From NCBI GenBank assembly GCA_951406725.2, contig OX597822.1:45632001-45696000 (forward strand): DNA of 64,000 nucleotides. Reading direction: 5' to 3'. The notes below the pieces were generated by a model. It had not been told where the DNA came from, did no database searches, and saw only the letters and a program-made list of their open reading frames with translations. Position numbers and translations under genes: made by a program. This document shows positions 53,607-64,000 of this stretch, piece by piece. This stretch comes from Octopus vulgaris (Eukaryota). The first letter of the stretch is position 1, and each line of letters starts with the position of its first letter.

Positions 53607-54228
53607 ATGAGAGTTAAATAGAAAGAAATAGTAGAGTTCAATATAAGGAGTTATTTTAGAAAGGGAGAGATATAGAAAGTATAAAGGGAAATTAAGAGAA
53701 TAAAAATATAGGTTGGATGTTACAATTGCAGTTCCATTACCCAAGGAATGTGCTGTGTAGAATGGGGTAGATAGGCGGCTTGTCCATGGTATGTAAACTC
53801 TGACAGGAGTTCATATTTTGTTATTACAAATGGATAGTGTGGAGACATTAATTCCATGTGCTGTTCATTCAATGGAGTCTTGACATATTTTTATTCTCTT
53901 ATTTCTCTTTATAATTGAGGAGGCCTATTGAGTCAAGTACATCAACATCAAAATAAAAATCAAATGGATATTGTAGTTGTGATACCTGTGCCAGTGGCAC
54001 GTTGGGTCTCACAGAGGCAATGGCGAAAGACCAAGACCTCTGAGATAAACATCACCTGTGGTCTCTCCACTGTGGCCCTTAACAATTCAGAGCCAACTTT
54101 TGACTAAGCAACTACAATAATACTCTCCCTACTGCGGCCCTTAATAAATAAGGGCCAACCTTGGACTACACAAGTTCAACAACACTGTTCTCACACACTA
54201 ACACATAGAGAGGTGTTAAGAAAGACTA

Positions 54229-54348
<120 letters not shown>

Positions 54349-55851
54349 TCAAGGGACCAATGTTACTGTACAACAACAACAACAGTATAGCTGAGTCAAA
54401 GGAGAAGTGGCTGTAAGTGACCAACCTGCTAAAAATAGCAGCCTAATTTCCTGCAAATCACACCCTTCTCTACACATAAGAAAAATCTGGATAATTGGAG
54501 CTGGAATGCCCTTGTTCAAAAATTTGCTCAATCAAAGTTGACCAGAGTTTAAATAACATCTCGGTTGACATGGGGCTCAGCAACAGCAATCAATGAATGT
54601 TCTTAGCTCCACCTGCTGCCAGAGAAAAGCAATTACCTCAGCTGTCAACTCCAAAAGTCAAACAACCATCAAAGAGGTGGAGGTAAAAATTAACCTCTTA
54701 CTATTTATGATAATAGTAATAATGGCTGCATGGTCAAGAAGTTTGCTTCCCAACCACATGGCCTCAGGTTCAGTCCCATTGTGTGGCATCTTGGGCAAGT
54801 GTCTTCTACTATAGCCCCAGGTCAATAAAACCTTGAGAGGATTTGATAATCAGAAACTGAAAAAGGCCCATGGCATGTGTTTCTTTGTTTTAACAGTGAA
54901 AGGAGGTGGCTTAGTGGTTAGGGTATTTAGCTCATGAGTGTAAGGTCATGAGTTCAATTCCCGACGGTATGTTGTATCCTTGAGCAAGACACTTCATTTC
55001 ACATTGCTCCAATCCAATCAGCTGACAAAAATGAGCTGAACCTGTAATTCAAAGGGCCATGTCACACGGAATCTCCCAGACAACTACATTAAGGCTATCC
55101 GTGTCTCTGGAGTCCTCAGCCACTTGCATGTTAATTTCACAAGCAGGCTGTTCCATTGATCGGATAAATTGGAACCCACATCATCATAACCGACGGAGTG
55201 CCAGTTTGTCTTGACAACCTATGAAAGTTGTACATAAATGATTGTCAATCATACAATATTCTACATAAGTATGTCTGGCCATGGGACATATAACCCTGCT
55301 TAGAAACAGGTGAATATTGGTGACAAGAAGGACACCTGGCTGTAGAAAATCTGCCTTAATAAATCCAATTTGACCCATGCAGGGAAGGAAAAATGAATGT
55401 TAAAATGATAATTACAATTCATAATAATTATTTCATATTTTTGCCACAAGGGCAGCGAGGGTGATGTGGGGATGAGACAATCACATCAACCCCAGTGTTC
55501 AACTGGTACTTAATTTATCGACCCCGAAAGGATGAAACGCAAAGTCGACCTCAGCAGAATTTGAACTCAGAACATAGTGACAGGTGAAATACCAGTAAGT
55601 ATTTCATCTGGCATGCTAACGATTCTGCCAGCTCACTGCCTTTTAACAATGTTTTCAAATTTTGCCACATGGGTAACTTTTGGTGGGGGAGAGGGAATGA
55701 GTCAATTACATCAACCACAGTGTTCAACTGGTACTTATTCAATCAACCCTGAAAGTCAACCTCAGCAGAATTTGAACCCAGAACGTAATGGCAGATGAAA
55801 TACCACTAAGGATTTTACCAGGTGTGCTAACAATTCTGCCCAATCACTGCC

Positions 55852-55893
<42 letters not shown>

Positions 55894-57196
55894 GATGATG
55901 ATGATGATTTCAAATTTTGGCACACAGTAGTTTCTGAAAGGATGGGGAAGTCAAGCATATCAGTCCCAGTACTTGACTGGTATTTATTTTATCAATCCCT
56001 GAAAGGATGAAAAGTGAAGTTGACCTCAGTGGAATTTGAACTCAGAACATAAAGACAGACAAAATTCTGGTATACATTATGTCTGGCACGCTAACAGTTT
56101 TGCCAGCTCATCACCTTGATAATAATAATAATAATAATAATAATCATTTCTACTACAGGCACAAGGCCTGAAATTTTGAGGGCTGTGATAGTCAATTACA
56201 GTGACCCCAGTGTTTCACTGGTACTTAATTTATCGATCCCCAAAACAATGAAAGACAAAGTCAACTTTAGCAGAATTTGAACTCAGAACAAAGACTTTTC
56301 AAGGCCACCAATTTGGACGAATATAGTCAGGCACCAGTGTTGTTGCAGACATTACATGTCTCTGTGTGTGTGTGTGTGTGTATGTATGTCCCCCAATACT
56401 GCTTGACAACTGGTGTTGGTTTGTGTATGTTCTTGTAACTTAGCAGTGCAGTAAAAGAGACTGATAGAATAAGTACCAGCCTTAGAAAAAAAAAAAAAAA
56501 GAAATACTGGATTGATTCGTTCGACTAAAAATTGTTCAAGGTGGTGCCCCAGCATGGCCACGGTCAAGTGACAAACAAAGTATAAAGCGTATCATGAAAA
56601 TTGTTCAGAAACAATTATTCACAAAACAATTTTTCGAAATATATATAATTTGTGTACTAGATTTTTGATTTTATCATTTTTGCTTAAATAATATTAAAAA
56701 AAATTTAGAAATAATTAACGTTTAGTATAATTGTCCTTTTGAATAATTTTCATTCATATAATTTTCCATTCAAATAATTGTTTTCAAACAATGTTCTCAT
56801 AATCAGATAGAGTGGTTTAAAATACCATTCACAGAGTGCAGTTTTTTAGGATTTTGGTTTTTATTTTGGTTTTTATTTTTTTTTTTTTAGGAGTGGGTGT
56901 TTCTTTACTTTAGATAATACAGACTGGATGGTGTTTTTTTCTAACTGGCAGATATTTGAGAATTGAAGATGGGAGTGAAAATTTTTTGGGGGTACATTTA
57001 TACATCTTGATCAGAGACAAAGCACAACTGAGATAGAAGACAACGAAATGAGAGATGACAAGGATTGCCTTACAGGAATGTCTACGGCAATAAGAACAAA
57101 ATCCTTTTATGAAACATTGGATTCATTATGTACAGCTGAGGCCAATAATTATAAAGATAACACAATAGACACACCTATCACAAACAATTGACATAC

Positions 57197-57266
57197 CTTT
57201 AGCATTCAGTTCATTCCGCTGAGCTTCCAGTCGGCGCAAATTTTGCGTCTTTTCTGTTACAATCAA
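57197..57266 (-). CDS. PSMC5: PSMC5 coding exon 2 (LIVTEKTQNLRRLEAQRNELNAK+G)
   Basis: ttttcag/gtatg boundaries; 70 bp, phase 0 to 1; coiled-coil motif QNLRRLxAQRNELNAK. Confidence 0.95.
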
Positions 57267-57849
57267 CTGAAAATATAATTGAGGAATAATTAGACAACAG
57301 GAGTCACTTATTCAGCTGTAGAGATTGAGGTGAAGTTATTTTAGAATTATTATACAATAGGCATAGTTGTTGAGTGTTTAAGAAGTTTGCTTCATGACTG
57401 CAAGGTTTGGGGTTCAGTCCCAGAACACAGCACCTGGAGTAAGTACTTTCTATTATAGTCCTAGATTGAATAGATGGAAACTGAAAGAAATCCATCATGT
57501 GTGTGTGTATGCACGCTTGCATATGTGTGTGTGTGTGCGTGTCTGGTACCATGTAAAAAGCACTCAGTACACTCCATAAAGTAGTTGGTATTACGAAGGG
57601 CATCCAGCTGTAGAAACCATGCCAAATCAGACAACTGAAGCTTGGTGCAGCTCTCCACCTTGCTAGCTCTGGTCAAACCATCCAACCCACGCCAGTGTGG
57701 ACAACGGACATTAAATGATGCTAATGATGATATTCATCATCATCATCATTGTTTAACGTCCGCTTTCCATGCTAGCATGGGTTGGGCGATTTGACTGAAG
57801 TCTGGCAAACCAGATGGCTGCATGAGACTCCAATCTGATCTGGCGGGTC

Positions 57850-59183
57850 GTCCCATAAATTACACGTTTTTTTATATTTCTGTTTTTCAAAATTAAAATA
57901 AAGTTCTTTTTTAATCTAAAATAAACTCTCTTCCATTTTCTACAATGCTCTTCCATCTATCTGATGGACTTGCAGGGTTCCTCTTCCAAAATTCACTTGT
58001 TCATGATGAAAAATACTTCTCCACTAAGTCATCTACAGAATTCATATTTTTTTCATCCAAATGATTTTAAAGACTGCGGAATAAAATAACAGATGGGGCA
58101 TTACATTATTTACAATTGACGGATATATGTCCACATCTTGTTTGTTGTTAACACAACGTTTCAGCTGATATACCCTCCAGCCTTCATCAGGTGTCTTGGG
58201 GAAATTTTGAACCCGAGTTCTCATTCCTAAGGTACTTTTCGTTGTTGTTATTATTCAGGTCACTGCCTGGAATCAAACTCAGAATGTTGGGATTAGTAAC
58301 CCGCGCTCTTAACCACTAAGCCATATGCCTGTGGGCATATGGCGTAGTGACCTTAATAATAATAATAACAACATCGAAAAATACCTTAGGAATGAGAACC
58401 CAAGTTCAAAATTTCCCCAAGACACCTGAAGAAGGCTAGAGGGTATATCAGCCGAAACATTGTGTTAACAAACAAGATGAGGACAAATATCCGTCAATTG
58501 TAAATAATGTACATAATTCATCATCTCTTAAATATAGAACAGATGGGGCATTGTCTGGTGAATATGGGGGGTGGGACATAATTTCCCATTCAAACTGCTC
58601 CAGCCTTTCGAATGTCATCCCCGCTGTATGCAGCCAATGATTATCTTGATAGAACACCTTTCGTCTTGAAACCAAAGATGGTCACTTTCCTTCAAGCGCT
58701 GACTTGAATGACAGGTTGAATGACCAAATGCAAGCATCTCTGCTAGTTCCTCAACAGTTATGATGGGATTTTGTTCCACCAGGGTTTGCAGGACATCCTC
58801 GTCAAGCTCTGCACATCTTTCAGGACAAGGCTCATCTTCTAGGCTGTAGCTTCCAGGTTGGAATTTCTGGAACTCCCATTCACACTGGCTTACGCATATT
58901 GTCTGACCCTTATATACTGCATTAATATACCTCACACTTTCTGTTGTATTGTCGCCTTTATTGAACTCATAAAGCAAAATATGCTGAATATGCTTTGTCA
59001 CTTTCATTATAGCTTTCAAAAATAACTTAAAAATTGAACAGCACTCTTCAAAACTTGCACAAAGAATAGGGACATGGTAAAATTACTACCTGCTTTTATA
59101 GCAAGTTGATGCAGGTAGTTTATCCCATCCCACCCCGGCTTCTAGTTCATGCAATTGAAAAGGACCACATTATTTATGGGATA
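57850..59183 (-). mobile_element. Degenerate mariner element (transposase pseudogene) interrupted at YSPDxAP by fold-back element copy 5
   Basis: TIR-like tcccataaat / atttatggga; HILLYEFNKG...INAVY...SLEDEP; WEIMSHPPYSPDNAPS; RWKSIVENGREF. Confidence 0.85.
58103..58540. mobile_element. Fold-back tRNA/HHR element copy 5
   Basis: Flanking duplication aacagatggggcatt (58088-58102 / 58538-58552); HHR at 58151-58194 (-) intact and 58422-58465 (+) mutated; fold-back centre at the tRNA head, about 58330. Confidence 0.88.
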
Positions 59184-59224
59184 ATATATATATATTATCC
59201 CATATATATATATATATATATAAA

Positions 59225-60782
59225 CAGCGTGTGAAAGAGAATCATGATGTCATGGGTGAGAAATATCTGGCGGTGTAGGCTATAGTCTAGTCACCCATAT
59301 AGTCAACCAGGTGATACATGAAGGAGTCATACCCAATAACTGGTGTAGCAGCGCCATAGTCAATTGCTACAAAGGTAAAGGTGATGCATTAGATAGGAAT
59401 AATTATAGAGGTATCAAATTGTTGGATCAGGTAATGAAAGCCACAAAGAAGGTCATAGCCAAACTAATTAGGGAGAGAGTTAGTTAAGAGATGCAGTTTG
59501 GGTTTGTGCCAGGAAGAAGCACCATTGATGCTATATTTTTGGTAATACAGCTGTAGGAGAAATTCCTAGCCAAAGATAAACCTCTGTACTTGGGCTTTCG
59601 TTGACATGGAGAAAGCCTTTGACAGGATCCCCTAATCCCTTATCAGGTGGTCAATGTGGAAACTAGGGATAGATAAGTGGTTGGTGAGAGTTGTACAAGC
59701 CATGTACAGGGATGCTGTCTATAAGATGGCAATGAGTATAGTGAAGAATTCTGTGTAGCAGTAGGGGTTCACCTATGATCAGTTCACCAATAAGAATAGC
59801 CGGGCAAAGTTCAGGAAGTTCCTACCACTTCTGATAACAAAGGGCCTCTCACTCAGAGTGAAAAATAGACTGTATGATGCATGTGTGCGAAAGGCCATGC
59901 TACATGGCAGTGAAACAAGGGCCATGACTGTTGAGAACATGCATAGGCTTGAAAGAAATGGAGCTAGTTTGATCTGCTGGATATGTAATGTCAGTGTGCA
60001 ATAACGACAGAGTGTAAGCACCCTGGGAGAAAAGTTGGACATAAGCATCAGATATGGTGTGCAAGAGAGACGGCTGTGCTGGTATGGTCATGTGTTGTGT
60101 ATGGATGAGGACAGCTATGTGAAAAAGTGTCACATCCTAGAAGAGGAGGGAACCTGTGGAAGTGGTAGACCCAAGAAGACCTGGGATGAGATGGTGAAGC
60201 ACAACCTTCAAACGTTGGGCCTCACAGAGTCAATGACAAGCAACCGAGACCTTTGGAGATATGTTCTACTTTGAGAAGACCCTGAAAGCCAAGTGAGATC
60301 GTAGCCTTGGTTGATGCCAGTGTCACATAACCGGCTTGTTTAAAAATACCCTTCAATCATCAGGCAGTATGCTGTGCTTGAAAAGACCTGTTGAGTCAAG
60401 TGAAATCATTGTTGTGGCCGGTGGCATGTAAAAAGCACCAGTTGAGCATGGCCAATGCCTATGCCGGTAGCACATAAAAAGCACTATTTGAGGGTGGTTG
60501 ATGCCAGTACCACCTGACTAGCTTTCATGCCGTTGGCACGTAAGAAGCACTATTCGAGCTTGGTTGATACCAGTGCCACCTGACTGGCTCCCATGCCGCT
60601 AGCACATAAAAAGCACCCACTACACTCTCAGAGTGGTTGGCATTACGAAGGGCATTCAGTTGTAGAAACCTTGCCAAATCAGATTGGAGCCTGGTGCAGC
60701 CTCCCAGCTTACCGGTCCTCAGTCAAACCGCCCAACCCATGCCAGCATGGAAAGCAGATGTTAAACAATGATGATGATGACA
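59225..60782 (+). mobile_element. Degenerate RTE-clade LINE with internal deletion, long 3' UTR and (GAT)n tail
   Basis: YKGKGDALDRNNYRGIKLL, MQFGFVPGRSTIDAIF, VDMEKAFDRIP, RRLCWYGHV, GRPKKTWDEMV. The 3' end recurs at 42807-43140, 45620-46197, 48850-49350 and 57540-57840. Confidence 0.85.
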
Positions 60783-60977
60783 CATTTTACTGTCCACTTT
60801 TCAAAGCTTCCATGGAAAGAAAAGAAACCACCCACAAGGTTACCTCGTAAGACAGGCACCTGAAGAAAGCCAGAGGATACAACAGTTGAAATGTGATTAT
60901 AACACCTTTGATTCTAAGCCTGCTGAATCAGGGCTGACCTGGAGCTGTACAACAACTAAAATAAATCTGAAACTTAC

Positions 60978-61055
60978 TTGAAGCTCTTCAGTTTTGCTGA
61001 TATAATATGACTTTATCCCATCCTGTTGGATAGGAACCTCATCAATCTCCATTTT
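60978..61055 (-). CDS. PSMC5: PSMC5/Rpt6 coding exon 1 of 12 in window (KMEIDEVPIQQDGIKSYYISKTEELQ); ATG at 61052-61050
   Basis: tttgtag acceptor and gtaagt donor; 78 bp; matches the N-terminal 'MEL...YYLSKIEELQ' region of Rpt6. The acceptor implies a further upstream exon. Confidence 0.88.
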
Positions 61056-61184
61056 CTACAAAGAATACAAAATTATAATTAATAGTATTAGACATGTATG
61101 TTAGAAGAGTACTTTATTCTGAAAGGGTTTCTCTTTTTTTCACATCACCATATTACTTAAAGAGCAAATCTTCTGAAACCTGGT

Positions 61185-61229
<45 letters not shown>

Positions 61230-64000
61230 AGGACACCCCCCTTCAGTCATGAATGACCAATGGATTGCACCTAGAAAGTTCCCCTCCGAAGCACAAGTCC
61301 AGACAAGGCTATTTATGGAAGACCAGCAGTCGCCCATGTAAACCAGCCTCCCCTCTTCACACCACCAATATTATCCAAGGGAAAGGCAAAGGCCTGTACA
61401 GCTTGACATCAGTGATGTCACAACTCATTTCAACAGAAACATTTTTAGTAGTACTTGGCGTGGGGGGGTGTCACAGCTTTAAATAAATTAATGAGCTCTT
61501 AATACATACACTGAGTGCCTTTTTTTTTTCTCAGTCTCATTTATTTAATTTAAACACGGTTCTCATAATCTTTTTGCAGGATCACTAAGTCTGAGCAAAG
61601 GAAGTTGGACCCAAGATATGGCTCAAATGTATGCAAGAGAGTAAACCGCAATAAAATCGCACAAAAGCAAGGAGATGGAGGGTGTCCACCAACCAAAGTG
61701 AAAATAATGAAGAAACGACAAATGATGAGTTACCACAGAATCTATCATCAGACCTGATCTAAGTACTTGAAATAAAGTGTACTTCGTCTGAGGCTCCTAA
61801 GGGAAAAAGGAAGTCCTGCAGAACTAGCATTAGCATTTAATGTGACAGAGACAATAAGGATCAGATAGGCCTAGAGAGACATGGTATATTATCATTATTA
61901 CCATTATTTCTAAGACAGTAAGCTGGCAGAATCGTTAGTCTAATAGCATTGTCTGTCTTTACGTTCTGAGTTCAAATTCCACCAAGGTTGACTTTGCCTT
62001 TCATCCTTTCAGGGTCGATAAAGTAAGAACCAGCTGCGTATTGGGATCAGTGTAATCGACTTACACCCTCCCTCAGAATTTCAGGGTTAGGGTCCATAGA
62101 AGAAAGGAATATTATTACTTATAAGGTAGAGAGCTGGCAGAAACATTAGTAGTCGTAAGTAAACACACACCTGGTGTTTAGGGTTAGGGGTTAGGATTAA
62201 GATTTTTGTTACGCCGAAAACGGGTGGTGTACATATGCTTTACCTCTGTTCATTAGCATGCCGGACAAAATATTTAACAGCATTTTGTTTGTCTTTATGT
62301 TCAGAGTTCATATTCAGCGGTGCTCGTCTTTATCTTTGTGACTTGGGGTCAATAAAATAAATACCAGCATAGCACCGAGATCGATGCAATCAACTTTCTC
62401 TTCCCCCGAAATCGCTGGTCTTGGGCCAAAATTTACAACCATTATTATTTATGTTCTTTGGAGAAACAGAGGCCACTGCAGTTGTGTCAGAGGTAGAAAG
62501 GGTAAACAGTGATTCAAAGCCAGTTGCTGTATGTAATACGTTGGCGAAGGAGTTACCGCTAATCAGTCATATAGCATTCTTTCTCACTCAGTCAAATAAA
62601 CAGTTCTGACACATCAACCATTACAAATTTCACTGATCAATTAATTAGCAGCTGTTCACATGAGAATGTGCCTTAACGCGGTCACACTACTTTGCTAGAA
62701 ATAACAGACAACTCTTTAAATTACACACTGTTAAAAAAAAATGGAAACACTAGCTAATGTAGTCCCAGGTACATTGTCTGGAAAAAGACGGAATAATCAA
62801 GGTTGGGATGTATTTGAGTCAAGATATGCTGGAACACGCTTCCGTCTTAACAAAAACAGGGGAAGGAAAAGACCGAATCTAATCCTGGGCATCATATCTG
62901 AGGAAAAAAGTGGGATGGCTGCAACTAGAACATATATGGGGTCTGTTGGATAATGAATGAACTGGAGGCAGGGGAAAGATAAATAAGAACAAAGGCAAGA
63001 ACCACAGGGGGTGATTGTCAAATGATTCGATAGGCTCAAATTAAAAAGAAACATAAGGAACAGCAACAAAGGAGTCGCTATGCAGTACTTGGCCGGTGGT
63101 AGAAATAGCAGACAAGTCACATCCTGCCATCTTTAAAAAAGGAAACAAAGGGAATGATATAGTAGAGAGTGCGACTATAGATATACACAAAAACAGGGTG
63201 GTCACAACTGGAACGTCTTTGACTATAGGTGTGTGCTCAAGCGGGAGTGAGCAGGAGTTAAATACCGGTACAAAACAAAACACATCACAGTGACTTGCAC
63301 TTCTGAAATGATGGAACTGATGTCCCTCTTTTAGCGTAGAAAAACAAACCGTGATAATATAAAAAACACTGTTGTTTTTATATTTTCAAAGACAACCGTC
63401 CCTGCACAATGCGTGCATATACATATGTGTCTCTGTTTATCGCCAGAGTATTTGCTATTATTGTAATATTAACCAGATGTTTCTTACCTGTTCAGACATT
63501 TTCGTCATGTTTCTGGTGAATGGAATTCTGGGAAATATCTTTAGCTTCCGTCTTCCGAAGACAAACAGAAAAAGTTATGAGAAGGAGAATCTACGGATGG
63601 ATAGAATTGATACAATTTTATACAATATTATAAGGATGGAGATATTTCAGTGGGTGTATATATTTTTATATACGAAATTATGGCGGTAGTTAACAAAAGA
63701 AACCCAGAGTATCCGGCCAAAAATATCTTGGAGTATTGAGTTACTTCCCTTCACGTTATAAGTTCGAATCCCGTCAGAGTCGATTGGTGAACTTTCAGAA
63801 TAGCTATCATGATTAAGATTAATCTTTTTTATTTTATTTTGCAGCGTGGAAGGTGTTTATAAACCATGTAAGAAACACAAAATCCATTTGATTTTTTTTC
63901 TTTGGGATTTTTTTGTGTTATTGTTATTTCTTCTTAGTATTTTTCGTTATTTTCTAGTGTCCTACATACTGAAACACTTGTAATTCGCATTCAGAAATTA

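Noticed and set aside
62188-62210. Telomere-like TTAGGG repeats
   Set aside because: Only about three degenerate units inside a small insertion in a SINE; not a telomere or a convincing interstitial array
62741-63293. Overlapping ORFs as an upstream PSMC5 exon or a separate gene
   Set aside because: No recognisable homology or convincing splice signals; PSMC5 exon 1 could not be placed in the window

Overview
AT-rich, microsatellite-dense eukaryotic DNA. The repeat landscape (tRNA-derived SINE families, Penelope, RTE and R4/Dong LINEs, mariner, Helitron) resembles an octopod cephalopod; this is an inference from repeat style, not a database match. One host gene is well supported: PSMC5/Rpt6 (26S proteasome AAA-ATPase subunit 8) on the minus strand, with 12 GT-AG coding exons from 61055 to 36669, all in phase, giving 399 aa from the Met at 61052. 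An upstream exon probably lies outside the window. The rest is mostly mobile DNA. The least expected layer is RNA structure: at least five distinct families of type I hammerhead ribozyme (HHR) motifs. (i) A 476/480-bp tandem repeat in a PSMC5 intron carries two complete HHRs exactly 480 nt apart, a retrozyme/circRNA architecture. (ii) Five insertions of a fold-back element flanked by target-site duplications (TSDs) combine a tRNA-like Pol III head, (AAT)n and a minimal HHR, and derive from the 3' pLTR of a Poseidon-type Penelope element. (iii) A Neptune-type Penelope carries the compensatory U3-A8 HHR core. (iv) and (v) Further solo or palindromic HHR families, one on the PSMC5 sense strand. 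Other notable structures are a head-to-tail Helitron array, a 13x22-bp array of NRF1-like GCGCATGCGC palindromes, and an inverted duplication interrupting a Dong/R4 LINE. Almost all other ORFs in the supplied track are microsatellite or SINE artefacts. Coordinates were read by eye; exon and HHR ends were checked base by base, repeat ends are approximate.
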